Assembly: GCA_044352465.1 (NCBI GenBank)
Contig: JBILDU010000002.1
Span: forward strand, 1 to 64,000
Direction of reading: 5' to 3'
Length of the DNA stretch: 64,000 nucleotides
Source: Bdellovibrionota bacterium
GTDB taxonomy: Bacteria; Bdellovibrionota_C; UBA2361
Part shown: positions 28,810 to 38,371 of the stretch, one piece after another
How positions within the stretch are numbered: position 1 is the first letter of the stretch
Layout of the letters: the number at the start of each line of letters is the position of its first letter
Notes under the pieces: generated by a model
What the model was told of the DNA's origin: nothing
Database searches by the model: none
What the model saw: the letters and a program-made list of their open reading frames with translations, nothing else
Program-made: the position numbers and the translations under genes

Positions 28810-31800
28810 ATGGGTCGGAGTACATTTTTAAAAGCGCTCCTTGTTCTCGCGGGTATGCTTTTCCCTTTAACGAGTTTCGGCGAGATCTACACCGTCCAAA
28901 TCCGTGACATAACGGGTGCTCCGGTACCAAACGTGAGAGTCTTTGGAACAGCCGGGTTTAATAGCTTCCCGAACCGAATCACCGATCGTGATGGGTTATT
29001 CGCTTTTGATAGCGATGATCTAAAGGCCCCTGCTCTCATCACATTCGCGAATGATTCGGCACGCCAACGATTTGACCCACCGGAGCTCGTTATCGGACCG
29101 GTTGGCTGTCCGGGTCGGAAATGTCTGGTAACCGCGCACGATGATCCTACGGGCACGACCGTGCTGACGTGGAACGTGCGCGGTTCAAACGGTAGAGGTG
29201 TACCGAATGTGCCGGTTACGGTCTCGAGTGCCGTATCGCCGTGCCAGACTCGATCGACTGATAGCGATGGCAACGTCGTTTTCGCGGTTTACCGAGCGCT
29301 CGGAACGTGTAACGACGGAAACACGACAACGAGCGATAATTTTACGACGATAACTGCGGAGAGTCCGAAGGGAGCGATCTATTCATTTTCTGACCCAAAG
29401 GGGCCTCGCTTTACTCGATGTCTGACCTCGGTGGTTGACGGATTTTTTGTTGCGACCGGTCGTCAGGCTGCCTCGCTCCCCGTAACGAACGTTATCACGT
29501 ATCGTATTTTTGCTCTGACCCCTCAGAATACGCCCCTTCAAGGAGTAACCTTTACCGGCCCGGAGCTCGGTAAGCTTCCAGTCTCACTGCGAACGACGGG
29601 AGCCACCGGCTTCTTCTCCGTTTCAACGACTCAGTTGGGGATCTCCTCGGGCGCGAGTTGGAGCTTGGCAGCGCAAACCGACTATGACGTCTACCCGAAA
29701 GAGGTGACTATCAATCCTCAAGAGCGGGTGATGAACGATATTCGATTCACGGCCTTCTCTAATTTCCAGGGAAGCGGGGCGTTGGTCGTTGATGTGCGTG
29801 AGGGGGGTCTATCCCTCGGCGGCGTTAAAGTTGAATCCTCCGAATTGAATGCATGCGGGCAAGCTCGCACCACGAACTCTGAGGGAAGAGCCCTTCTTGC
29901 CTTTAAATCTCGATCGGCGTGTAACGATAACGATTTCGACCACCGAAACGATACCGTGTCGGTGACACCGCAGATGGCTGGATGCGATTTTACCGAAAGT
30001 CATGCAACCCCTTTTCAGCGTTGCCCCAGTAGTGAAGCGGTGATGACGTTGCATGCGTATTGCCGCGAGCCAGCTCCGCAACAACGTCTTATTAGCGGAA
30101 GCGTTTTCAATCTCGACACCGTCCCGCTCCCTAACGCATCGATTCTTCGAGATGGCGCGCTGGTCGCAACGACGGGGTCAAACGGGAGTTACTTTTTATA
30201 TGTTGATGAGTATAGCTCACCCAGCTTACGCGCGTCCGCCGGCACGCTTATGTTTGATCCACAGAGCGTCTCGATCGATCAGATCGATCGGAATCACTCC
30301 GATGTGAACTTCGTTGCGGTCGGCCCCGCGCTTCAACCGAGCGCGACGCCAGCTCCGCCAACGTGTCCGGTTGCAGCTAACTATGAGATCACCGGGCAAG
30401 TCACAGCGCTCGACGGCAAGCCGCTCGAGGGGGCGGTGGTGTCAGTGAACCATGAGCCTGAAACGAAGACCGATGCCAGGGGAAATTACACGGTCACGGT
30501 CCCGCGGGGGGCGGATGTCTGGGTAACGGTGGATTCGGATGGACGGCGTTTCGACCCAGCAGGGGCCTACTATCCGAATGTGATGTGTAACCTTACCAAT
30601 AATGTATTCGAAGTATCGGTCGAGAGTTTTCAGCTCGTTGGACGGGTGGTGAATTCTCTCTATGAGCCGATGCCGGACGTCGCAGTGACCCTCGAGCACG
30701 AGTCCACGAGGAAGATAACGTCGACCGATGAGCGGGGATATTTTCTTCTGACCGTTCCAGACGGAGCGAACTACGTCCTCAGAGCAAGCCTTCCTGGGCA
30801 TGACTTTGTGCCCGCGGTTCATGCCGGTGAGGGGGAGGCGAACGAAACCGGGCTCGATTTCAGATCAATCGTTGAGCCAACTCCGCTCCCTGTTCCACCG
30901 ACACCAATTCCGACGATTCCGCCACCCGTGAATACAAGACCAGCAAACCCGACGCCAGAAGCGACCCCCCGCCCGGTCGAGACTTCGGTACCGACACCGT
31001 CTCCAGCTCCATCAACCCCCATGCCGACGGTAGCACCGACCTCGACTCCACGGGCAACGGTAGCTCCGGTGACACCGCCTCAAGCTCCGACGGTCGCCCC
31101 GACACCATCACCTTCGCCGCGGATTTCGGAGCCCACACCAGTACCTGCACCGGTAGTAACATACTCTCCGGTGCCGAGTTCAACCGTAATCCCGACGGCG
31201 ACGGTGATACCACCTTCAACTCCGACTGCCCCTCGTCCGGTGCCGTCGGCAACGCCGGGCTCGATACCGAGTGTGTCGCCAACCGTTGCGCCAACCGCAA
31301 CACCGACTCGGGTGACTCCGTCACCGTCCCCTGAGCCCACGACGGTTTCGACCGCGACTCCTCGCCCGAGTGCGACACCTGACGAGCGGGGGAACTTAGA
31401 GCTAACGCTGGCAAGCATTTGTTCTTTTAATCCGGAGAAGTTCGCGCGGTGGTCGGTAACGAACGGCGGTTCGAGTGCGCTCACACTCACCTGGGATCTC
31501 TACGGCTCCCTGCAGAGAGGTACCGTCGTTGCGGGGGTAGGCACGACCTTCTTTGAAACTAGCCGTGAGGAGGGTTCGAATACTTTGCTGCTCTTTAGCG
31601 GCGGAGTCATGGTCGCAGTGGAAAGGGCGCAGTTTACCCCCTGTGTTGTAGCTCCCGCGCCGAGTCCCGGAGTTCCCGTAAATCCGGAGCCGGGCCAGAC
31701 ACCTCCTCCGACCACACCGCCGAATGAGCCGGCCCCGATATCCCCAACGCCGAGCGTGGTGGCTCCTCCGCCCGAGGCTACGACTATCCCGGAGGGTCCT

Positions 31801-32175
31801 ACTCCGCTGCCTATCGTGGCCCCGGCAGAGCCGACCGTTGCGCCTACCCCAACCTCGACCCCCCGTCCGATGATAGAGATCCGGGGCGCGTTAACCGAAA
31901 AAGACGGTAGACGACTCTCCGTAAAGATGATGAGCCGACTTGAAAAGCTTGGCGAGGGAGCCATTAAGATAGTTGCGACTAATCGGTCCACCGCGGAGCG
32001 ATTCGAGGTCTCGCTCGAACGACCGTTTCGGTACACGCTCGAGGTGCCGATTGGTGAGTACCGCATTCGACTATTGGCACCGGCGCTGAAGACGCTTTCG
32101 CGGCGAAGTTATCGGCTTGACCTTGAATCTTCCAGACGGCACATGAACTTTGCCGTGAGAATCCAGGACAGATAA
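28810..32175 (+). CDS. Large secreted repeat protein (carboxypeptidase-regulatory-like repeats, long Pro/Thr/Ser linkers)
   Basis: Signal peptide from MGRSTFLK; repeated G.V...G.PL..V.V..TD..G motifs; long PT-rich tracts. The ORF track starts at 28672. Confidence 0.8.
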   Translation: MGRSTFLKALLVLAGMLFPLTSFGEIYTVQIRDITGAPVPNVRVFGTAGFNSFPNRITDRDGLFAFDSDDLKAPALITFANDSARQRFDPPELVIGPVGCPGRKCLVTAHDDPTGTTVLTWNVRGSNGRGVPNVPVTVSSAVSPCQTRSTDSDGNVVFAVYRALGTCNDGNTTTSDNFTTITAESPKGAIYSFSDPKGPRFTRCLTSVVDGFFVATGRQAASLPVTNVITYRIFALTPQNTPLQGVTFTGPELGKLPVSLRTTGATGFFSVSTTQLGISSGASWSLAAQTDYDVYPKEVTINPQERVMNDIRFTAFSNFQGSGALVVDVREGGLSLGGVKVESSELNACGQARTTNSEGRALLAFKSRSACNDNDFDHRNDTVSVTPQMAGCDFTESHATPFQRCPSSEAVMTLHAYCREPAPQQRLISGSVFNLDTVPLPNASILRDGALVATTGSNGSYFLYVDEYSSPSLRASAGTLMFDPQSVSIDQIDRNHSDVNFVAVGPALQPSATPAPPTCPVAANYEITGQVTALDGKPLEGAVVSVNHEPETKTDARGNYTVTVPRGADVWVTVDSDGRRFDPAGAYYPNVMCNLTNNVFEVSVESFQLVGRVVNSLYEPMPDVAVTLEHESTRKITSTDERGYFLLTVPDGANYVLRASLPGHDFVPAVHAGEGEANETGLDFRSIVEPTPLPVPPTPIPTIPPPVNTRPANPTPEATPRPVETSVPTPSPAPSTPMPTVAPTSTPRATVAPVTPPQAPTVAPTPSPSPRISEPTPVPAPVVTYSPVPSSTVIPTATVIPPSTPTAPRPVPSATPGSIPSVSPTVAPTATPTRVTPSPSPEPTTVSTATPRPSATPDERGNLELTLASICSFNPEKFARWSVTNGGSSALTLTWDLYGSLQRGTVVAGVGTTFFETSREEGSNTLLLFSGGVMVAVERAQFTPCVVAPAPSPGVPVNPEPGQTPPPTTPPNEPAPISPTPSVVAPPPEATTIPEGPTPLPIVAPAEPTVAPTPTSTPRPMIEIRGALTEKDGRRLSVKMMSRLEKLGEGAIKIVATNRSTAERFEVSLERPFRYTLEVPIGEYRIRLLAPALKTLSRRSYRLDLESSRRHMNFAVRIQDR

Positions 32176-32317
32176 GCCACCGAATATCTCGGTTGAGAAT
32201 TCGTGTACCCCCAACGATTATTCGTCGGAGCGGAGCGCGGTGTCGCGTTTCGGCACACCCCGGAAGGGTGGCGCACGCCCTCAAAGGAGCAATGGAAGTG
32301 AGATTACGAAGCGGCTA

Positions 32318-33811
32318 CTAAACGGGGAAATAGCCCTCAACGCGGATGTCGTGATCGGGGTGGAGTACACCGAGACGCTCATCGAATCCGAATGAGAGCA
32401 GATGTTTTCCGTGTGGGTGGGTCGCGATGATCGCGCGCAGGGGGACCTTGCTCGCGTCATGACTCCATGCGGCGAAGGGGCCGAAGGTGATCTCGCCCAG
32501 TGCTCCCGACTTGCCGCGTTTGTCGAGATCGGCGGCGATGAGTTCACGGCAGGCGAAATCAAAGATCCCCTCACGCGGGCGCGAAACGAGCCGCTCAATC
32601 TCACTCGCCAGGACGCGCGGGTGCAGCAGCCACGCTTCCACCCGCGAGGCGTAACGAGGGCTCGGCGGGGCGCCAAACGTCGCCTTGAGGTTTGGCCAAA
32701 ATCCCTCACACGGTAGCTCGTCCACATGGACAAGGAGCCCCCCGAGTTTACGCGATTGTACTATCGTGTCGCCGTGCGGGCCGGGGATAATGCGGAGTCC
32801 GTAGCGGTCCTCGATGGTGGTGAAGATATGGTAATGCCGGGACTCGTCGGCGGCGAGCGCCGCTCCGTGGACGTCGATCCGCCAGGTCTTTTCCCAGACT
32901 GCTTTAAATGATTCGCGCAGAGTCGCTTCGACGTGGGCGATCAGAGCTGGAGCAAGAGCTTGTCGCTCCACGACGGTGTAGTCGTAGCGGAGATGGTTGC
33001 GTTTAAAGCTCTCACCGAGGTCGATCGAGCGGTGGGCACCCCGGTGAGTAGGCGTGACAATAGACTGAAGGGGGATGAAGAATTCGACTTCGTGAAGGAG
33101 TCCTCCGCCGGGGTTCACGATCTTGGCAGCGTAGTGTCGGCCCCGGTCATCAGCTAAAAGGAGGACTAATCCGTCGTCGGGGCTATCATCCGCCACGGTG
33201 GCATGGGTGAACCGAATCGTTGGCGATATCTCTCGCCGAGCGAAGCGGGTGAGGAGTTCTCCGACGAGCGAATCAGAGTCCCCGTTGTGAAAGCGGATCG
33301 CTTCGCGCCGCATCAGCCGGGGGAGTAGGACAGGCGTCGCCTCAACAAGAAAGTTCGAGTCGCGTGGAGTGATATCAAAGAGGATTCCGCAAAAGGTATC
33401 TTCTTCGAATCGCCGAGCGTTCGCGAGGAGTGGACCTGGATCTAGTTTGAGTATGTCGTCGGGGCGCGGGAGAAGAAGCTCTCCTGTTGTTCGCTCGCGA
33501 ACCGAAGCGAGGAATAGATCTCTGCCTGAGGTAAGGCACGTTGCGACGATTTCCACATCGATTTCGCCCCGAGGTCGATCTTCCGGCTCGAATAGGTTGC
33601 TCAGAAACTCTGAGTAGCGCTGGCGTGTCGTGGAGAGATCGGAGCTGTCATGGGGGAGATTCGAAAGGGCGATGTGAGCGAAAAAACGAGCCTCGGCTTC
33701 AGCGCGGGGGGTAAGTCTCGCCGCCGAAGGTGGGTACGCGAGCGCGCCGAGATCAAAAGCCCCGTCAGAGGGATCTCGGTCGCTCGGTCCAAAATGGTGT
33801 GACATCGCCAT
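32318..33811 (-). CDS. Hypothetical protein
   Basis: 497-aa ORF, no recognised motif; TATAGT lies 6 nt upstream of the ATG. Confidence 0.65.
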   Translation of the reverse strand: MAMSHHFGPSDRDPSDGAFDLGALAYPPSAARLTPRAEAEARFFAHIALSNLPHDSSDLSTTRQRYSEFLSNLFEPEDRPRGEIDVEIVATCLTSGRDLFLASVRERTTGELLLPRPDDILKLDPGPLLANARRFEEDTFCGILFDITPRDSNFLVEATPVLLPRLMRREAIRFHNGDSDSLVGELLTRFARREISPTIRFTHATVADDSPDDGLVLLLADDRGRHYAAKIVNPGGGLLHEVEFFIPLQSIVTPTHRGAHRSIDLGESFKRNHLRYDYTVVERQALAPALIAHVEATLRESFKAVWEKTWRIDVHGAALAADESRHYHIFTTIEDRYGLRIIPGPHGDTIVQSRKLGGLLVHVDELPCEGFWPNLKATFGAPPSPRYASRVEAWLLHPRVLASEIERLVSRPREGIFDFACRELIAADLDKRGKSGALGEITFGPFAAWSHDASKVPLRAIIATHPHGKHLLSFGFDERLGVLHPDHDIRVEGYFPV

Positions 33812-33981
33812 AGGGAGACTATACCTGATTCAGGCCGAAAGGCACCGATTCGTGGGACGGTGTTTTTCGAAAAAGGAGGTATCCAGGCGAGCTCCGCGAC
33901 TTGGTGGGTGGTGGGAGCCTCTGCGGTAGCTGATGATGAAGTCCGCTGGTAGACGCCGCATGCGCCGACTGTGGGGTTGGG

Positions 33982-34077
33982 CTATAGCGGGCTTAGATCT
34001 CCCAAGATGAGGAGGTAAAGAAGCGCCGCTATATCGCTACAGAACACAAAAAAAGCGATGAAGAGCACCTTGGTCAT
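33982..34077 (-). CDS. Unannotated 31-aa hydrophobic small protein MTKVLFIAFFVFCSDIAALLYLLILGDLSPL
   Basis: SD GAGGTG just upstream, a single-TM-like sequence, and a sigma28-like promoter upstream. Confidence 0.55.
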   Translation of the reverse strand: MTKVLFIAFFVFCSDIAALLYLLILGDLSPL

Positions 34078-34095
34078 GCCACACCTCTTCTGGGG

Positions 34096-34123
34096 GTATC
34101 GGAGGGGAAAGGGGGGCGCTTCA
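34096..34123 (-). promoter_or_regulatory. Putative sigma28-type promoter TGAAG-N15-TCCGATAC
   Basis: Same architecture and spacing as 17426-17453; ends 18 nt before the small-ORF ATG. Confidence 0.45.
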
Positions 34124-34370
34124 CAAAATGGCTCTCTTTCAGCTCCCGCATTGGTGCTTCGAGTGTAAGTATTTAGATTTCAATATTTTCTTCGGCGGCT
34201 TGTTAGCTTCAAGTTAAGCGGGGGTGCCCCAAAACTCCGGGAAAAAAGGGTCGAGTGGGGGGACTTCTGACCCGGTGAAAGTCAGGTAAATTTATAAAAA
34301 TGTTGCTTTTTTGGGGTATTTCACGTTAACTCTCCCGTGTTCGCCGTTTGTATAACTTCAGGAGTCTTTT

Positions 34371-34682
34371 GTGAACATCTATGTAGGAAACCTGCCCTAC
34401 GGGGTTTCAGAGGGGGACCTTCGGTCGCTCTTCGAGCAGTTTGGTGCCGTCACCTCAGCAACTATTATTAAGGACAAATTCACCGGAGACTCGAAGGGTT
34501 TCGGTTTTGTCGAGATGAGCGATGCCGATGCGCAAGCTGCGATCGATAATCTGAACGGAACTGAGTTCAAAGGCCGTTCTCTCACCGTGAACCAGGCTCG
34601 TCCGAAGACGGACGGACCGGGTGGTGGTGGTCCTCGCCGGGGAGGCCCCGGTGGCGGACAAGGTGGTGGTCGCCGTTTCTAG
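34371..34682 (+). CDS. RRM RNA-binding protein with Gly-rich tail
   Basis: RNP2 IYVGNL, RNP1 KGFGFVEM; SD AGGAG and GTG start. Confidence 0.96.
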   Translation: MNIYVGNLPYGVSEGDLRSLFEQFGAVTSATIIKDKFTGDSKGFGFVEMSDADAQAAIDNLNGTEFKGRSLTVNQARPKTDGPGGGGPRRGGPGGGQGGGRRF

Positions 34683-34697
34683 CTCCACCGCTCCGAT

Positions 34698-34730
34698 AAA
34701 AAGAGGCTCCCCAGGGAGCCTCTTTTTTTT
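34698..34730 (+). terminator. Intrinsic (possibly bidirectional) terminator
   Basis: AAAAAGAGGCTCC-CCAG-GGAGCCTCTTTTTTTT. Confidence 0.9.
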
Positions 34731-34890
34731 GTTTCCTCTGTTGGCGGGGGTATGAAAAAAAGGTCTGATTTTTGACAAGAAGTGGTTTTAAGAATGGGCG
34801 CCGGCCCATCTTTGAATCGTGCCATCCCCGGTGCGGCTTGAAGTGGTTTTTGAGCTACCCTCAAGTGTGCTAGCGTTGCTTACTTTCAGC

Positions 34891-35412
34891 ATGATTATCA
34901 ATCCACTCCCACCAACTGCTCACCGAAGCGCCCGACCGGAAGATGTCGTGATCGATACGGTCGTGGTCCATTCGATGGCTCATCCCGAGGCTCCGACCCC
35001 TGAGGAGCTCATGAGTTGTGTGGAGAGGTTGAGCGATTACGCAGTATCCGCCCACTATTTTATCGAGCGGTCGGGAGGGGTTTGGTGCTTGGTGCCTCCC
35101 GAGGAGTGTGCGTGGCATGCTGGAGTCAGTCGGATGCCCTCGCCTGATCAGCGCGAGCGCTTAAACGATTTCAGCATCGGCATCGAATTGATCGCCTTAC
35201 CGGAGAACGCCTTCACGGACGCCCAATATCGAGCGCTGGGGGAGCTCCTCTTTGAACTCTACAACCGATTTCCGATTCGTTTCGTGGTAGCGCATAGCGA
35301 TGTAGCGATGCCGCCCGGGAGAAAGACCGATCCCGGGGGGCTATTTTCCTGGGAGCGGGTAATCGCGGAGGTCTCACCACTTGCCCCGCAGCTCACCTTC
35401 CCAGGACGATGA
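34891..35412 (+). CDS. ampD: N-acetylmuramoyl-L-alanine amidase (AmpD family)
   Basis: VVVHS, VSAHY, AWHAGVS, NDFSIGIEL, HSDVA..RKTDPG. Confidence 0.92.
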   Translation: MIINPLPPTAHRSARPEDVVIDTVVVHSMAHPEAPTPEELMSCVERLSDYAVSAHYFIERSGGVWCLVPPEECAWHAGVSRMPSPDQRERLNDFSIGIELIALPENAFTDAQYRALGELLFELYNRFPIRFVVAHSDVAMPPGRKTDPGGLFSWERVIAEVSPLAPQLTFPGR

Positions 35413-35447
35413 TTCGGATGACGGTTGGGGATAGTTCGTCGCCTCAG

Positions 35448-36305
35448 CTATTGCAAGAGACGGAGCGCCACTTGCGGTTGAAGGTTCGCCTGCGCGAGAA
35501 CCGCTTGGGCTGATTGCTGAAGCACCTGTAAGCGGACCATGTTGGCGACCTCCTCAGCGACGTCGACATCGCGGATACGACTCTCCGCGGCGATGAAGTT
35601 TTCTCGCGCGACGGAAAGGTAATTAATCGCGCTCGACAAACGACTCTCGACCGCGGCGATAGTCCCACGCGTCGACGTTAATGAAAGTATCGCGTTTTGA
35701 ATACTACTCACCGCGGTAGTCGCCGCCGTCTGCGAGAAGGCTATTGATGTTGAGATGATCGATACCGTGAGTTCGCTGGAAGCGTTGCCGATGCCGAGCG
35801 AGCTGAGTGTGCCTAAAACTCCGCTAATCGTGATCCGTGAATCAGCAGAGCCGGTGAGCCCAACCTGCAACGTAATGCTCGAGGAGTTCGATAGAAGGTT
35901 GAACGTATTAAAAACGGTAGCTCGGGAGATCCGGTCTATCTCTGATCCGAGGGCGATAAATTCAGACGAGAGGGCCGAGCGCTGCGCTTGAGTAAAGACT
36001 CCGTTGGCGCTTTGCTGGGCGAGTTCAAGCATGCGATTGAGAATCGTATTGACCTCCCCGAGAGCCGCATCCGCTATCGAAGTGATAGAGATCCCGTCGT
36101 TGGCGTTTCGGATAGCGACTGAGGCGAGTCGGGCGTCGGCGCGGAGGTTGTCCGCGAGCGCTAAGCCAGCCGGGTCGTCGGAAGCAGAGTTAATCCGCAG
36201 ACCTGACGAGAGACGTTGAAAAGAAAGGCTGAGCCTATTCGTGGTGAGACCGAGTTGTCTTTGAGCGCGAACCGAGTCAATCGCACTCGCAATTGAAAGA
36301 GACAT
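35448..36305 (-). CDS. Flagellin-family protein (short, D0/D1 only)
   Basis: RLSSGLRINSASDD.AGLA, RNANDGIS, QVG, AESRIRDVDVA, LAQAN. Confidence 0.93.
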   Translation of the reverse strand: MSLSIASAIDSVRAQRQLGLTTNRLSLSFQRLSSGLRINSASDDPAGLALADNLRADARLASVAIRNANDGISITSIADAALGEVNTILNRMLELAQQSANGVFTQAQRSALSSEFIALGSEIDRISRATVFNTFNLLSNSSSITLQVGLTGSADSRITISGVLGTLSSLGIGNASSELTVSIISTSIAFSQTAATTAVSSIQNAILSLTSTRGTIAAVESRLSSAINYLSVARENFIAAESRIRDVDVAEEVANMVRLQVLQQSAQAVLAQANLQPQVALRLLQ

Positions 36306-36310
36306 ACTTC

Positions 36311-36326
36311 ACCAATTCCATCTGGT
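36311..36326 (-). promoter_or_regulatory. Candidate CsrA-binding hairpin in the flagellin leader
   Basis: ACCA-GATGGAAT-TGGT: an ANGGA motif in the loop, with the stem overlapping the GGTG SD. Confidence 0.45.
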
Positions 36327-36546
36327 TCAGTGGCGACATCAATTGCCGCTGTAGAGGGGGTGACGGCAATAAGGGAGCAACCCATAAGGAACTGTATCTC
36401 TTTTTTCAGGGACGCTTGAGATTACAGTGGGGAAAAGACAGCAAGAAGTGTGTTTTTAGGTAGTTATGCTTTTGGGCCGAAATGAGCGCCCCCCAAAAGG
36501 GGAAGTTCTCGAAAGGGTGGGTAAATGGTTTCAGCTTCCCGAGAGG

Positions 36547-37464
36547 TTACGGCTCGTTCGGATCGAGTACCCGACTCATCGTGCCATCGCAATCGAGCAG
36601 AAACTCCTCGCCCCCCACTTTGATTCGCCCGCTCTTACAGGTGCTGCGCGCTCTGCCTTGCGGTTTATTTTGAGCGAGATCGGCTTGATCAATCTCGGTC
36701 ACGGGGCTGCCGATGTCGTCGTCAGCCGAGCGCATGATCAAACTCAAACGACCAAGCTGGCGCGCCGTCGTGATCTGAAGCGCATCTTTCGGTGAGACGT
36801 CGAGAGTAATCGTGCGACTGGTACGCCGGCTCCGTGAATCGACCCCGAGATCGGAGCGGTCGGCCGCTGTGCTTGTGTCTCCCCCGTAGGAGAGTACCCG
36901 CGCGTTTTGAACGATAACCTTTGACACGAGCTGCCCGTTCTCCTGGAAAGTCAGAACGACGTCGACTTTCGTCCCCGGTAAGGCGTGTCCCTCGAGTCCC
37001 GCAGTTTCATCCACCTCGATCGATACCGCGCGATTGCGTGGGGTCAGAGCGAGAGAGGTGGTGAGCCCTTCGCGGCTCAGGTGCATGCGTTGGAGTGGAA
37101 CGCCAGGTGAAAGCTCCGTTTTGGCGTAAAGATTGTGTAGTTCGGAGATATCTCGAATGGCGCCGTCCGGAACTTGGGAGCGGGGCCACAGGACCTCTTT
37201 GAAACGAATTTCGCTGAGCTTCGACCCGGCGCGAACCGTTCGCTCCGGAGTGAGCAGAGCTACGGTGCCGAGATTTCCTACCGGTGCAGCGACGTTCTCA
37301 GGAGCCGCTGAACGAGCGTTTGCATCGCTGCGGAAATTGAAGACGACGATAAGAATAACGAGAAGAGAAAAGGCGAGTCCGAGAGCAGCGATAAAAAGAA
37401 GTCGCTCTCGGTCGTTCGATTTTCCACCCATTGTGGGTGAGTACCTACCAAACTTCGTGCTCAT
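36547..37464 (-). CDS. cpaB: Flp/Tad pilus assembly protein CpaB/RcpC
   Basis: N-terminal TM, SAF-like region, RAVSIEVD..GL.G..LPG.KVDV, IVQNARVL, G.LSL.MRS. Confidence 0.9.
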   Translation of the reverse strand: MSTKFGRYSPTMGGKSNDRERLLFIAALGLAFSLLVILIVVFNFRSDANARSAAPENVAAPVGNLGTVALLTPERTVRAGSKLSEIRFKEVLWPRSQVPDGAIRDISELHNLYAKTELSPGVPLQRMHLSREGLTTSLALTPRNRAVSIEVDETAGLEGHALPGTKVDVVLTFQENGQLVSKVIVQNARVLSYGGDTSTAADRSDLGVDSRSRRTSRTITLDVSPKDALQITTARQLGRLSLIMRSADDDIGSPVTEIDQADLAQNKPQGRARSTCKSGRIKVGGEEFLLDCDGTMSRVLDPNEP

Positions 37465-37867
37465 AGAGCTTCTTTTTCTCCCCGTGCAAAGACCGGCGCG
37501 TTAACCTTCATGGCGATGCGACGGAAAAGCTTCCCCTCGACAAGCAATCGCGTCAGGACACGTTGGCGCGGGGATAAAACTCACGCCTTGTTCATCCTCC
37601 GAGCGCTGCGCGCTTACGACACGCACCTCCGGCAAGGCTGCGAATTTATTTTTCACAACATCCCAAGAGCCGGCTTCTCTTTGATGGTAAGTCTACCCGG
37701 TTTGGCTATACACCTGGTATCCCTAACACTCTAAATTCGTTATCGTATGTTTGATATGGAAACTTAAGGACGGAGCGTCGTTGCGGGTTAAGAGCGAGTC
37801 ACGCCACAGGGGGCGTGCCCGTTTCGCTCCCGGGAGGTTATGCTCCTACGAGTTTTTTGGAGGCGGT

Positions 37868-38371
37868 ATGGTTGAGCGCGATATGGTGAAAGTCCGAGGC
37901 ATCCGTTTTGTCGGTTGCGCCGTCCTCCTCACCTCTTTATGGGGGTGTTTCTCTGGTAATACGTCGTTTCAATCACCCGAGGTGCGGAGCTCAGAAAGAA
38001 GTGCCCAAAAAGCAAAGGGCGAGAGTCGGGGGGAGCGTGAGCAACTTCAGCCCGCTCCGGACTCTTCAGCAGAGCGGAGTTCGATAGAGATCTTGTGGGA
38101 GTTACCCGCTGAGCCGATCGACGGTTTTACGGTGCGGTACGGCGAATCGCATGAGGCGTTAACCACGGAGCGGCGGTTGGCGGTGAGCGAGGTGGAAAAG
38201 GTGGAGGATCCGGTTCGCGGCAAACTTTATCGCTACGTCATCCCCGATATTCCGAATTCGCAACGTCTATTTGTCAGTATTAGCGCCTTTAAAGGTGAAA
38301 CCGAATCGACCCCTTCGAGGGTCTTCGAGGTGGCCCCGGGTATGCCTGAACGTCGCGGGGGGGAGCGATAG
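37868..38371 (+). CDS. Putative lipoprotein with FN3-like domain
   Basis: Lipobox LWGC; I.W....IDGF.V.YG...SISAF...ES.PS. Confidence 0.65.
   Translation: MVERDMVKVRGIRFVGCAVLLTSLWGCFSGNTSFQSPEVRSSERSAQKAKGESRGEREQLQPAPDSSAERSSIEILWELPAEPIDGFTVRYGESHEALTTERRLAVSEVEKVEDPVRGKLYRYVIPDIPNSQRLFVSISAFKGETESTPSRVFEVAPGMPERRGGER

Noticed and set aside
36392..36419. TCAAG...GAGATA upstream of the flagellin as a sigma28 promoter
   Set aside because: The -10 lacks CCGA and the spacing does not fit.
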